Assembly: GCF_009914755.1 (NCBI RefSeq)
Contig: NC_060947.1
Length of the DNA stretch: 64,000 bases
Direction: 5' to 3' (one strand)
Source: the human T2T-CHM13v2.0 reference genome, Homo sapiens
In this document: positions 47,880-63,955 of the stretch, in pieces
Layout: every line of letters begins with the position of its first letter
Numbering within the stretch: the stretch's first letter is position 1
Position numbers and translations under genes: made by a program
Notes under the pieces: generated by a model
Told to the model about the DNA's origin: nothing
What the model saw: only the letters and a program-made list of their open reading frames with translations
Databases searched by the model: none

Positions 47880-48465
47880 TGCAAACAAATAGGGGAATAT
47901 AGCTACTTTGCAGAGTGGCTCAGCAGTATTTACTAAAGCTGAACATATACCTGCCCTGTGATCTAGAAATTCCACTTCTGTGTCCACCCAAGAGAAATGA
48001 GTGCACATATCCACCAAAAGAAATGCATTACAATAATATTTATAGTGGTCTTATTCATAATAGTCCCACACTGGAAACAACCTAAATGGCCATGAATAGG
48101 AGAATGGATAAAAAATTTATAATAGATACATACAATGAAATACTACTCAGTCAAAACCAAAGAGCATAAACCAACAAACTAACCTCTTACAGACTATATG
48201 ATTCATTGATACAAGTTCAAGAAGAGGCAAAACTAATATATGATGATAGAAGTCAGAATAGTGATTATCTTTAAGGGTGAGTATTGACTGAGAGAGGGGG
48301 CGTGAGAGAACCTTCTGGGTGCTAGAAGTAGCCTGTATCTTGGTTTGCTGGTGTCAACCCTGGTGTGTACATATGTCAAAATGTATTGAGCTGCACACTT
48401 GATATTAGAGTACATTCTATACTGTATGTATGGTGTACCTCAATTAAAACAAATAAAACAAAAAC
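47880..48465 (+). mobile_element. Old L1M 3' end
   Basis: ctggaaacaacctaaatggcc...gaatggataaa...atggtgtacctcaattaaaac. Confidence 0.85.
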
Positions 48466-48529
48466 AAGAATTATAGATAGGGAGACGCATTGATGTCAGA
48501 GTGTCACAATAAAAAACAGTCAAGAATTA

Positions 48530-48883
<354 letters not shown>

Positions 48884-49204
48884 TTATATTATTTATACTA
48901 CAGTAATTTTATTTCAATTTCTAGGAATTGTTTTCATGTGTTAATAAATTACTAGCCCTCAAAATGGTCTTCTGGTAGGCAATTAGCAAAATATATCTAT
49001 GCTCTTCCTTATCCCTCTACCAATAAGATAGTCATTTGCTTTTGTATTTATTATAAAGATATTTGTGGCAGACTGTTCTGGTTGACTACCTAGGAGCCAT
49101 TCCCAACCTTTTATCCCTTGCAGATTTTTTACTATAGATGTTGGAAAAATCAGAGTCACTTTCTCAGCCTCTCTTTCATGTCTCGTACCTAGATCCCATC
49201 TCTT

Positions 49205-49267
49205 TTTTTTTTTTTTTTTTGTGGCAGGTTTTTTTTTTTGTTTTAAATTATACTTTAAGTTTTAGGG
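49205..49267 (-). mobile_element. Micro L1PA 3' terminus with interrupted tail inside MLT1 sequence
   Basis: T tracts followed by aattatactttaagttttagggt (young L1PA extreme 3' end); TSD tctctt. Confidence 0.7.
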
Positions 49268-49590
49268 TCTCTTGATGGGAGGTAGTCAAAGAATTTTTAG
49301 ATATGTTTTACAACTGCCACGGCATCTACAAGTGATACAAATTATTATGCATTTTCAGCTTTCAATCACTTAATTTTAACTAGGAGAAATGGGAAGTCAA
49401 GTACAACTTCCTTGGGTTCCATCATGCCCCTATTTTAATTTTGGCCTGTAGGTGGTCTTATGAGCCAATAAACACAGTTAGGCGAGAGCTGTTGGTAAGG
49501 CAAACCAACTGTGTCTGCCAGAGATTTCTCTTCTTTTGTTGGTCCAGGCAATAATGGGCCAAACAAAAAGCTCCTTACAAAAAGGGATAA

Positions 49591-49927
<337 letters not shown>

Positions 49928-50052
49928 CACATTTCTTTATGGAGAATTAATGTACTCTTGCATTTGAATAGCCTTAGAATTTGCCTAATTTGAGGATGGA
50001 TAAAGTATAAATAGCTTGGTTCTCTGGGATAATTGGATCATGCCTATTGGGC

Positions 50053-50180
50053 TATATATATATGTATATATATATATATACATATATATACATATACATA
50101 TATATGTGTGTGTGTATATATATATATGTGTGTGTGTATATATATATATATATTTTGTGTGTGTGTGTGTGTTTGTGTGT
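50053..50180. repeat. (TA)n/(TG)n compound microsatellite from an Alu tail
   Basis: Direct reading. Confidence 0.95.
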
Positions 50181-50456
50181 GACAGAATCTCATTCTGTTG
50201 CCCAGGCTGGAGTGCAATGGTGTGATCTTGGCTCATTGCAACTTCCGCCTCCTGGGTTCAAGCGATTCCCCTGCCTCAGTCTCCTGAGTAGCTGGGATTA
50301 GAGGCACCCGCCACCACGCCTGTCTAATTTTTGTATTTTTGTAGAGATGGGTTTTCACCGTGTTGGCCAGGCTGGTCTCGAATTCCTGACCTTGTGATCT
50401 GCTCGCCTTGGCCTCCCAAAATGCTGGGATTACAGGCGTGAGCCACTGCACCCGGC
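50181..50456 (-). mobile_element. AluS
   Basis: Alu in reverse; TSD attgggctat brackets the Alu plus microsatellite. Confidence 0.95.
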
Positions 50457-51169
50457 CCCATTGGGCTATGAAAAAAGAAAGGTTCCCACATTCCTTCTCT
50501 TACTTTCTTGGAGGTAAAATAAGCCAGGGTAGGGTTCATAGCTCTTACCACTTTGTGTAAGAAGAAGGCATTGAACACAAAATCTGCTTATAAGCAGAAT
50601 GAGAAGGAAGCATTCATTGGACCACCTAACAAGATAGAAGAATTTAGGGTGAGTAAAGGTTTTCCTGAAATTAGAAAGGAAAACTGAAGTTCATTACTTA
50701 AGTCTGGAAAGGTAACACATCCATAATTAGATGTTCATATTTCACTTGAAGTTGTACAGTACAGCATCTCTCCTTATACCTAGTAATTATATAGAATTTA
50801 AATATTTATGCCATTTACTTTTTTCAGATTTTTTGTGTTGTTCCAGCATTTATATACAGAAAAATTGAAAAATTGTCCTATGAACATCGACATAGCCATC
50901 ACCTAGATTCTACAATGAACATTTCAGCATATTTATTTTATCACACATCTGTCCATCTATTGATCCTGCTACTCATTCATCAATTCAGCTTATTTTTTGC
51001 TACATTTTAAAGTAAGTTGCAAACATCAATACACTTTCCCTATGAACACTTCAGCCATCTATTTTTTATTTTTATAGAAATGTCAGTTTGGGAAGATTTA
51101 GGTGCTATTTCTTCTTCTTGCAATTATTTATGTATTTTATATTGAACCGTTACCATAGAAGTTATGATG

Positions 51170-51380
51170 ATAATGAATATGTATTGAACACTTCCTAGAT
51201 GCTGGGTACATAATTCTTTGCAATAATCTCCTGAAGTAGGTAGTATTATTATTCCCGTTTAATAGCTGACAAAGCCGAGGTATAATTAGCTATATACCTG
51301 CCCATGGTTGTATAGCTTTGACGTGACGGAGCTGGGAATTGAACCTTCACACTTTGACTTGAGAATCTGATTCCTGAACC
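51170..51380 (-). mobile_element. MIR
   Basis: ctgaagtaggtagtattattattcccgttt...ggagctgggaattgaacc. Confidence 0.7.
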
Positions 51381-52109
51381 ACCAAGAAGAGTAACTAGGG
51401 TTGCAGATATCGTGCCCAGGAGGAAAGAGCCACTCTAGGATTTCCAAACCTGGTAAGAGATGGCAAAAACTGTATATGCCTTGGATAATACACACCACTG
51501 TTTCCATCCGTTTGTACACAAGAGGGAACTGTATGTGCAGGAAGGATTTTCTAAATAGTGAATTATTAAACTTTCTGCATTTTTTTTTCTTTTTTGGAAA
51601 TTCTTTCGTTTTTGAGCACTATTGGTTAGTTCATAAGTACATTGTCTATTAAACCCCAGGGAAGAAAATGACCAGGCATTAGTTTTTTATTTGTTCCCTA
51701 GTTTTATTTTTTATAAAAGCCCTTTTTATTGAAGTATGTTATAATGCACAGATAAGTGCACTCATAACAACCTGAACACACCTTTGTGTGCCAGGAACAG
51801 AGCAAGTAATAGTTTCCCCTATGTTGATGCCCAACCATTTATATATAGGACTGCAGCAATTCAGGGTATCTACTCCTTTGCTTTTCTTACATTTTAAGTG
51901 GAGACTAAAGCAAACACTTTCCTTCTTTCTGAACATTAGTTACATAATCACTGGGTCTATTTATTAAATAGATAAACCCTCTATCAATCATATTTATGGA
52001 CTAACATTTGGACTAACATTTCTTCAGATAAGAAATATACATTAGTCATAAACAGACATAAAAACTGAAACTCTCTAGATAGAATTAAACTCATATTTTT
52101 ATTCTATTT

Positions 52110-52401
<292 letters not shown>

Positions 52402-53309
52402 TATTTCTATTTTTTCTTTATCTTCATTTTTTTTTCTGTTTTTGACATTTTGTATATTATGTAAAACTGTTTTTGCCCTTTTACTTTCTATATTTCGAAG
52501 AACTTTAATAAATAAAAGATGTGAAAACCAAATTGCTGTTCAAATTCAATTGTTCCCAGTTATACCAGGAACTAAACAGAACCCAACAATTCATAGCTTC
52601 TTAAGGTGAAAGCAGCTCAACGTTATTGAATCTTCTGTAAAAGAAGTAGAGAAACAAAAATGGAGGAAAAAGGGGAAACTCAGAGACTGATAAATATGAC
52701 AACAGGTTAATATAATGAAGAACATATGGAGTTATGAAGGCTCTGAGAAATCACCATCAAGACTTGGCATTCTCTGCTCCATTTCTCGTGTTATCAAATC
52801 ATTTGTCTTATTGGGAGCTTTAGTCATTTCTTGCCTTTTATTCATTTCTTTGTCTTCCTTTGATCAGCTGGTAATATATAGCATCCTTACACTGTATACT
52901 TATTTCAGGACTGACTACAACAGCTATAAATTTCTCATGTACAGAGGGAGGTAAATAAAAGACTGGTAAGCTTTAGTGATGGGGATTGTAAACCACCCTA
53001 ATCGAGTGTATCAAAAGACTTCTAGAAATAAAACTGTTGTTAACTTTCTTTTCTATATAGGTTTAAAGGAGAAAAATTTAAGCTAACAATTTTGAAATGA
53101 CTGCCAGGGACACTTTCCCTGAAGTCACACAGGGGGATGAAATAGAATGCTATTTTCAAATGAACTGACATAGCACTGGGTATTTTGATAAGGGTACCTC
53201 TTTTTGTTGGTTGTATGTTAGGAGCAGAGATGGACAAGTGTCCTACCCCTTTATGAAGCCTTATGGTTTATAATTTACAGAATAATTTGTTGATGCATTG
53301 GATTTGGAA

Positions 53310-53670
53310 GATATATTAGCTTTAGCTGCAATAACAAATCAGGCTTTGGACTTGATTCAGGTCTGCTTCATGTATGTGGGGGCCATGCTAAAAAAACAGC
53401 AGTTATCTGAGACGTGCTTTTTGCATGGTGAATGACTGAAGCATAATAGTTGCTGGTAGAAGCTTGCCGTGCCTCTTAAAACTTCTGCTCATAACAGATA
53501 CGCTGTCACTTCTATTTACATTCTATTGGTCAAAACAAGTCACAAGGGTAAGCCTAAAGTCAATTGGACTTTGAAAATTCTATTGCAAAGTCAAATGGCA
53601 AAGGCTGTGGATTTATACTCCTGTTACAGGGAGGGAATACAAAGTTGGGAGCAGTAATCCAAACTACCAT
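53310..53670 (-). mobile_element. Old MLT1 LTR
   Basis: cacttctatttacattctattggtcaaaacaagtcacaagggtaagcct. Confidence 0.65.
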
Positions 53671-56546
53671 AGAAGGCCTCCATTAGAAGAGGGTCTTGGG
53701 GTTAGTGGAGTGTAATTTTTATCTTTTCCCCACAGTTTAGATAATCTGAAGTGAGGTAAGGGGTTTTACAAGAGTTTTCATTTTTAGAGCATATTTAGGA
53801 ACACTAAAATTTAGAATAGCTTGAACATAAGGTGGAATAGCTCAAAGTAATTCGTATAGTGAACTGTATAAGTTACCCACTCAACATGGACTTAGTAAGT
53901 TCTTACTACTGCTCACCACCATGCTCAATCTGTGTGAAGATGTTAAAAATCCAGGCAAGCGGAAAGGTGTAGAAGAGGGTGTGGTGTTTTCCTCTGCATC
54001 TTGTTAGATGACATTTGGGATTTCAGTCCTGAGGAGGAGTATGAGCACCCATCCTCCCACACTGCCAGTGCACTGTCATGAGCAATGCGTTTGGAGGGAA
54101 CGTGTCTGCTGTTTAAGAGGATGACATAATGATGAGTCTGGGTGTGGCTCACTGAATCATCCTTCTGTGGGCAATACATGAGCCTACCTGTATCTCAAAC
54201 TCACATGAGCTCTTCACCAGGCAGGAGGAAGAAAAGAGCTTAGCTGGTGTTTGTTATTTGGCCCCTTCCTTCTTGCTTGTGCCTAAATAAAGACACAACA
54301 GTCTGCTCTCCCCACTTTTCTTCAGGAAAAGGTCTAGCATTTGCCTTTTTCACTGAGATGAGTTTCCAACAAGAACTTGAGTTCTTCCAACATTATCAGC
54401 AAACACCTTCCAGTCAGTGTGGACAGGAGAAAGCAATGACTGCAGGTGGTCAGTGGCTTATTCTGCAATGAGGTTGAAAAGCAAGATCGAGTCACGGGCT
54501 CACACAAGACTCGGAAATCTGCCTCAAATTTATATTTTGAAAATATTCAGTTTGCCTAATGAATGTGTCTAAACAAAGGTTTTCCTGCCAGGTTTTCAGA
54601 AATGGAATAAATGATCTAATTTTTATTTGGATCAGAATCAGAATCTACTCCCTGTCTGTAGAAAAATGAGCCCAGAGGAAATCTGCAGCAGCCATGCATT
54701 AACCCTTCTATTTCCAAGCTACTGTGCATGAACAATCCCTGGGTTCATCCTGGATTTTCTGCTGGGCCAAGACACAGCACAGCTTGCCCTGTAACTGGTG
54801 CAAAGCAGGTTTAACTTCACTCTGAACAAACCCAGCTATGCTTTGTGTAAGGCCATTATGTGGATAAAGAAATGGGCTCTTTCTTGATGCAGTGAGTTTT
54901 AGAGGCAGGTGCAGATGAACAGCCAGCCATAATTACACATATTGAGGCATTTCCTGCCTCCATCTGTTAACACCCAGTTTGAACTGCGGTATTATATTTT
55001 CTAGTGTGGCCTTCATTTTAATTAGGGTTTTAGCCTTATTTGGAATCAGGGAATCCTTTATGACTAAGAAAAGAGATAGATAACCCCCTCACCAAATTCA
55101 CATATATACATGGTTCAGACATTTAATTTCAGGATTTAACAGAACCCCTGAAGTTATGGCCCCAGATTAAGAGTCCCTACTTTAGGTCTTTCTATGTAAT
55201 AACATTCATTTTAGGCTACTTGATTGATAGACAGACACAGGTTAGTGAAGGGGAAAGGTATAGACAGTTGGGCCCCAAAACTGATGCCATTATTTACTAG
55301 CCCCAGGGCCTCACTGAGCCCAAGTTTCTTCACTTGGAAAATGCGGCACATTGTAGCACCCTCTCAGGGTTGTTTTGAGAACAAAATGAGGCAATTTCCC
55401 TGGCTTTTGAGTGTTCAAGAAATGGCAGCAATTATTATATTGTTATTGATGTATTGACATTGTTATTACATTAGGAATCCAACAAATGGAAAGTATATCT
55501 GAACATCTCACAATAGAAATGTGAATCAAATGACACTTTTAAGGTTGCTGCCTTCAGTTGAGGCGGCCAGTGCACTAAAGTTTTTGCATAGCTCTTAGTG
55601 TCCTTCTCCATGACATACTGCCAGGCCCCCATCATCTCTAAACATTATGCTAGTTAAGCATTAAAAACAAAGTACCTGGCACATAGTGGATGCTCAATAA
55701 AAATTAATCACTGTCGTGTTGATTATTATTATTACTATTGCTGCTTCATAGGGCATTCTCCAGTGAAACCTTAGTTTCAGGGGAGAGAGGGTCTCAAGAT
55801 GATTTTTTCAAGGAGGGAAGAATATCTCAAAGCCAATGTGACAAGGGGAACAAAAAAGTAGCTTTTTATGTCCCCTCCCCCTTTCTCTATATCCTATAAA
55901 AATTTCTTTGCCTTCCATTTATTTCACTCAGGATAGGTTAGAATGCAGAGGCTCAGCAGCTCTTCAGGGACAAATAACAAATTTTTAAATAATGATTGCT
56001 TGAACAGCCCTTGGCAAAAGTATCAGTCACACATTCTGCATTGTTGGGTGGAGCTGGCTGTAGGTTCTCCAAGAAGCCTGTGTGTTCAAGGTCTCTCTCC
56101 CTTTCCCTCTGGCCATGCTTGTCCTTTTACCCCGTTTTTCTTGAAGGTACAAATGACTAAAAACAGATAAACATGTGAGCACTCACCATGCTTATATTTT
56201 CATTGGAATAAAAGTCTAGGATTGTGTGTTTGTACACCTAGAACCTGGCAAAGGCTCCGTAAATATCAAATGAACAAAGCAAAGGAATTCAGATAGGCAG
56301 ATTAGTTGCTGGTAGGAAAATTTATTTTTAGGGGGTGGAGGGGGCTTTTTGATATCCTTGAAGTCTTACTGTTTTCTCTTATCCTGAATCTTCTGGCTGT
56401 GGTGTTTGGGCATATTTTATTATTACTGTAATTTTTGAACTTGAGGTTCTGTTTGTCCTCCCTGTTCCAGGGTACCACCAGATTTACTAAAATGGTAAGG
56501 TTTTTTCCAAGGTGCCAGAATGTGACATGATCCAACTTAAGGCACT

Positions 56547-57040
56547 GTACTAGTTAGTTATTGCTATATAACAACTGCCGCTAAACATAGTGCCTTCAAA
56601 CAATAGCCATGATTTGTTTTTTTTTTGTTTTTTTTTTGTTTTTTTTTTTTACTCATGTTTTTATAATCTGGGATGGGCTCAGTTGGGAGGTTCTTCTGAT
56701 AGCTTTCCAGTGTTTACTCCTAAGGCTGCATTTAGCTGGTGAGTTGGCTGCGGACTGGTCTTCAATCTCTCTCTCCCTCCCTCTCCATGTAGTCTTGGAT
56801 TCTCTTCCTCCTCACGTAGCCATAGCAGCTGGGCTTTAACATGGTGGCTAACAGCTCCCAAGAGAACACAAGTGGAAGCTGCCATGCCTTCTTAAGGCTT
56901 AGGCCTGGAACTGCATAGCATCATTTCCATTGCATCTCATTAGTTAAAGCAAGTCATAGGACCAGCAGAGATTTTTTTTAAGGTGAGAGTATTACACAAG
57001 GGTGTGAATACAACAAAGTGTGGTTCACTGGGGCCCACCC
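56547..57040 (-). mobile_element. MLT1 LTR
   Basis: tgtactagttagttattgctatataacaactgcc...ttctcttagttaaagcaagtcataggacc-like motif, ggtgtgaatac. Confidence 0.8.
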
Positions 57041-57845
57041 ATGCATCAGGTACCTTAGACTCTTTTGCTGGGAGCAGAGATATTATAAGGAATGAAGAGA
57101 AACAGTTCTCAAAGGGCATAGAGTAGGGGCCAGGCTACATTTCTTTTCCTGCCTTGGCTATAATCTGTGAAAACCTTCAAATGGAGGAATGTGAGAAGCA
57201 AAGTATCCAGGGCATGGTCTTCCAACTTTGATATGTCAAAGTCCAGCATCAAATGGTACAAAACAGGTCTATGTTCCACTATTATACAACTTAAGTTCTA
57301 GTTAAACCCTAGTTGATATGGCTTTAGGATGAACTGGATACAGACTTTTCTGTTCTGACAAATAAAAAGTCACATTGTACCTTATGAAGTTTTTTTTTTA
57401 AAGATGAACATTTATTGTATAGTTTAAGGTGTACAACATGGTGTTGTGATATACATGTAGAGAGTGAAATGGTTACTACAGGTAATCAAATTAACATATT
57501 CAACACCTTCCATAGTTACCTCTTTTTATGGTAAGAGCATCTAAAATTTACTCTCTTAGCATATCTTCAACATACAATATTGTAAATTATAGTCTTTCTG
57601 GTGTACATTCAATTTCTAGACTATTTATCCTATATAACTGCAAGTTTGTGCCCTTTGACTTACTTCTCCCCATTTCCTCCCTCCCTGCCCCTGCTAGCTA
57701 CAATTCTACTGTTTCTATGTATTTGACTTTTTTTTACATTCCATATATAAATGAAATCATGCAGTATTTTTCTATGTTTGACTTATTTCACTTAGCATGA
57801 TGTCCTCCAGCTTCATCTGTGTTGTCACAAATGGCAGTATCTCCT

Positions 57846-58136
<291 letters not shown>

Positions 58137-59184
58137 CTTCCTTTTTTTTTTTTAAGAGCTAAACAGTATGTACCACAATTTGTTTATCCATTCATTCTTT
58201 GATGGGCACAAGTTATTTCTATATGTGGCTGTTATGAATAATGCTATAATGAACATGGGAATGTAGATATCTCTCTGAGGTGCTGATTTCATTTCCTTTG
58301 GGTGTATACCCACTAGAGGGATTGTTGGGCCATATCCAACAAAATACTAATAGTAGTTCTATTTTTAATTTTTTGAGAAACCTTCATGCTGTTTTCTATA
58401 ATGGCTATACTGATTTACATTCCCACCAACAGTGTACAAGGATTCCCTTTTCTCCACACCCTTGCCAACACTTGTTATCTCTTGTCTTTTTGATAATAGC
58501 TATCCTAACAGGTGGGAGGTGATATGTCATTGTGGTTTTGATTTGCATTTCCATGATGGTTAGTGATGTTGAGTACCTTTTCATATACCTGTTGGCATTT
58601 TTATGTCGTCTTTGGAAAAATATCTATTCCAGTCCTTTGCCTATTTTTAATCCAATTATCTTTTTTTTAGCTGTTAGGTTGTAAGAGTTCCTTATATATT
58701 TTGGATATTAACTCCTTATCAGCTGTATGGTTTGCAAATATTTTCTTATAGCCTGTAGGTTATTTTTTCATTTTCTTGATTGTTTCCTTTGCTGTGCAGA
58801 AGCTTTTTAGTTTGATACAGTCCCACTTGTTTATTTTTGCTTCTGTTGCCTGTGCTTTTGATGCCATATAAAAAAAATTAATTGTCAAGGTCAATATCAA
58901 GAAGTGATCCCCCTATGTTTTCTTCCAGGAGTTTTTTGGTTTCAAGTCTTATGTTTAGGTCTTTAATCCATTTTGAGTTGATTTTTGTGTATTGTATAAG
59001 ATAAAGGTCTAATTTCATTCTTTTGCATATGGACTTCTAGTTTTCCCAGCACCATTTATTGAAGAGACAATCCTTTCCCCCATTTTTTCTTCTTGGTGGA
59101 CTTCTTGAAAATTAGCTGACCATATATGCTTGAGTTTATTTCTGGGCTCTCTGTTTTAATCCATTGGTGTATGTTCCTGTTTTA

Positions 59185-59274
<90 letters not shown>

Positions 59275-59407
59275 TCAAAATTGTTTTGGCTATTTGGAAT
59301 TTTTTTGGTACCATAATAATTTTAAAATTATTTTTTCTATTTCTGTTAAAAATGCCATTGGAATTTTGATAAGATTGCATTGAATCTGTATATAGCATTG
59401 AGTAATG

Positions 59408-59902
59408 TGTGTTAGTGCATTTGCATTGCTATAAAAGAATACCTGATGCTGGGTAATTTATAAAGAAAAGAGGTTTATTTTGGCTGATGGCTTTGCAGGC
59501 AGTACAAGCATGTCACCAGCATTTACTCAATTTCTGGTGAAGAAGCTTACAGTGATGGTGGAAGGTGAAGGAGGAACAGGCATATCGCATATCACATGGT
59601 GAGAGAGGGAGTGGGAGAGAGAGAGAGAAAGAGATAAAGAAAGGAGAGAAAGTGAGAGAGAGAGAGAGAAAGAGAGAAAGGAGAGAAAGAGAGAGAGAGA
59701 GAAGGGAGGGAGGTGCCACGCTCTTTTAAAACAACCAGATCTTGCATGAACTCAGAGAACTCACTCATCGTGAGGAGGAAACCAAGCTATTCATGAAGGA
59801 TCCACCCCCATGACCCAAACACCTCACACTAGGTCCCACCGCCAATATTGGAGATTATATTGCAGCATGAGATTTGGAGGGGACACACATTCAAATGATA
59901 TC
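59408..59902 (-). mobile_element. MST-family LTR with internal (GA)n tract, inside the L1
   Basis: tgttagtgcatttgcattgctataaaagaatacctga...ggaggggacacacattcaaatgatatca. Confidence 0.88.
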
Positions 59903-60418
59903 ATACGGACAGTTTAACAATATTAATTTTTAAACTTTTTTTTAGTTCTTTCTCTTGCTAGCACAGGATATCTTTCTATTTATTTGTGTCTTCTTCAATT
60001 TATTCCATCAATGTTTTATAGTTTTCAGTATACAGATCTTTTACTTCCTTGGTTAAATTTATTCCTAAGTATTTTATTCTTGTTGATGCTGTTTTATTTA
60101 TTTACTTAAATACACAACAGATAATTTTAATGAACATGACTTATAGATGGTTCTTGGTCTGAGAAGAGTTCTTTTTTAAAAAAATAACTTTTAGGTACAG
60201 GGGTACATGTGCAGGTTTGTTATATAGGTAAACTTGTGTCATGGAGGTTTGTTGTACAGATTATTTTGTCACCTGGGTACTACACCTAGTACCCAATAGT
60301 TATTTTTTCTGATCCTCTCTGTCCTCCTACCCTCCACCCTCAAGTAGGCGCCAGTGACTGTTGTTCTCTTCTATGTGTGCATGTGTTCTCATCATTTAGC
60401 TCTCATTTATTTTATTAA

Positions 60419-61057
<639 letters not shown>

Positions 61058-62037
61058 TTAGCTCCTGTTTATGAGCGAGAACATGTGATATCTGATTTTC
61101 TGTTCCTTGGTGTGTTTGCAAAGGATAATGGCCTCCAGTTCTGTCCATGTTCCTGCAAAGGATGTGATCTTGTTCTTTCTTATGGCTGCATAGTATTCCA
61201 TGGTGTGTATGTACCACATTTTCTTTATCCAATCTGTCAGTGATGGGCATTTAGGTTGATTCCATGTCTTTGCTATTGTGAATAGTGCTGCAATGAACAT
61301 AATGTGTGCATATGTCTTTATGGTAGAATGATTTATATTCCTCTGGATATATACCCAGTAATGGGATTGCTGGGTTGAATGAGAGTTCTGCTTTTAGCTC
61401 TTTGGGGAAATTGCCATACTGCTTTTCACAATGGTTGAATTAATTACACTCCCACCAGCAGTGTATAAGTGTTCCCTTTTCTCCTCAACCTTGCCAGTAT
61501 CTGTTGTTTTTTGACTTTTTAATAATAGCCATCTGACTGGTGTGAGATGGTATCTCATTGTGGTTTTGATTTGCATTTCTCAAATGCTCAGTCATATTGA
61601 GCTTTTTAAAATATGCTTGTTGGTCGCTTGTATGTCTTCTTTTGAGAAGTGTCTGTTCATGTCCTTTGCCTATGTTTTAATGGGGTTGTTTGTTTTCTCT
61701 TGTAAATTTGCTCAAGTTCCTTATAGAAGCTGGACATTGACCTTTGTCAGATGCATATTTTCTCCCATTCTGTAGGTTGTTTACTGTATTGATAATTTAC
61801 TGTATTGATAGTTTACTATACTGATAGTATTGATAGTACTGTATTGATAGCTTCTTTTGCTGTGCAGAAGTTCTTTAGTTTAAATAAATCCCATTTGTCA
61901 AGTTTTGCTTTTGTTGCAAATTCATTTGGTGTCTTCATCATGAAATCTTTGCCAGTTCCTATGTCCAGTATGGTATTGAATAGGTGGTCTTCCAGGATTT
62001 TTATAGTTTTGGGTTTTACATTTAAGTCTTTAATTCA

Positions 62038-62169
<132 letters not shown>

Positions 62170-63579
62170 TCAGATGGTTGTAAGTGTCTGGCCTTACTTC
62201 TGAGCTCTCTATTCTGGTCCATTGGTCCATGTGCCTGTTTTTGTACCAGTATCATGCTGTTTTGGTGACTGTACCCCTATAGTATAGTTTGAAGTCAGGT
62301 AATGTGATGCCTCCAGCTTTGTTCTTTTTGCTTAGGATTGTCTTGGCTATTTGAGCTTTTTTTGGTTCCATATGAATTTTAAAATAGTTTTTTTCTAGTT
62401 CTGTGAAGAATGTCATTGGTAGCTTGATGGGAATAGCATTGAATTTGTAAATTGCTTTGGGCAGTATGGCCATTTAAACAATATTGATCCTTTCTATCCA
62501 CCAACATAAAATGTTTTTCCATTTGTTTGTGTCATCTCTGATTTCTTGGAGAAATCATTGTAATTCTCATTGTAGAGATCTTTCACCTCCCTAGTTAGCT
62601 GTATTCCTAGGTATTTTATTCTTTTTGTGACAATTGTGAATGGGACGCATTCCTGATTTGGCTCTTGGCTTGACTATTGTTGGCATATAGGAATGCTAGT
62701 GATTTTTGTATATTAATTTTGTGTCCTGAAACTTGGCTTAAGTTGTTTATCATCCGAAGGGGCTTTTGGGCTGACCCTGTGGGGTTTTCTAGATATAGAA
62801 TCATATTGTCTGCAACCAGGGGTAGTTGGACTTCCTCTGTTCCTATTTGGATGCCCTTTCTTTCTTTCTCTTGCCTGATTGCTCTGGCCAGGATTTCCAA
62901 TACTATGTTGAATAGGAATGGTGAGAGAGGGTATCCCTGTTTTTTTGCCTGTTTTCAAAGAGAAGGCATCAAGCTTTTACCCATTCAGTATGATGTTGGC
63001 TGTGGGTTTGTCATAGATGGCTTTTCTTATTTTGAGATATATTCCTTTAATACCTAGTTTATTGAGAGCTTTTAACATGAAGGGGTGTTGAATTTTATCA
63101 AAAGCTTTTTCTGCATCTATTGAGATAATCATGTGGTTTTCGTCTAGTTCTGTTTATGTGATGAATCACATGTATTGATTTGCATGTGTTGAACCAACCT
63201 TGCATCCTAGGGATAAAGCCTTCTTGATTGTGGTGGATTAGTTTTTTGATGTGCTGCAGGATTCAGTTTGCAAGTATTTTGTTGAGGATTTTTTACTAAT
63301 GTTCTTTGAGGATATTGGCCTGAAGTTTTATTTTTGTGTGTGTCTCTGCCAGGTTTTGGTATCAGGATGATGCTGACCTCATAGAATGAGTTAGGGAGGA
63401 GTCCCTCCTCTACAATTTTTAGAAATAGTTTCAGTAGGAATTGTACCACCCCTTCTTTGTACATCTGGTAGAATTCGACTGTAAATCTGTCTGGTCCTGG
63501 CCTTTTTTTTTTTTTTTTTAATTGGTAGCCTATTTATTACTGATTTAATTTTAGAGCTTGTTATGGTCTGTTCAGGGAA

Positions 63580-63955
63580 TGTTGATGCCATTTTAAATGG
63601 GATTGTTTTTAAATTTCTTTTTCAGATAGGTCTTTATTGGTATAGAGAAATGCAACTGATTTTTGTTTGTTGATTTTGTATCCTGCATCTTTACTGAATT
63701 CATTTATGAGTTCTAGCAGGTTTTTTTTTTTTTTTTTGGTGTGTGTGTGTGTGGAGTCTTTAGGGTTTTGTATATATAGGTTATGGCATCTGCAAACAAG
63801 GATACTTTTACTTCTTCACTTCTGATTTGGATGCCTTTTATTTCTTTTTCTTGTCTGATGGCTTTTCCTAGTACTTCCAATACTGTGTTGAATAAAAGTA
63901 GCAAGAATGGGCATCCTTGCTTTGTACCAGATCTTAGAGGAAAAATCTTCAGTTT
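63580..63955 (-). mobile_element. Continuation of the L1MA ORF2
   Basis: ORF 63713: [40 protein letters not shown] (RT domain). Confidence 0.9.

Noticed and set aside
51997-52021. tggactaacatt duplicated
   Set aside because: Ordinary 12-bp slippage duplication.
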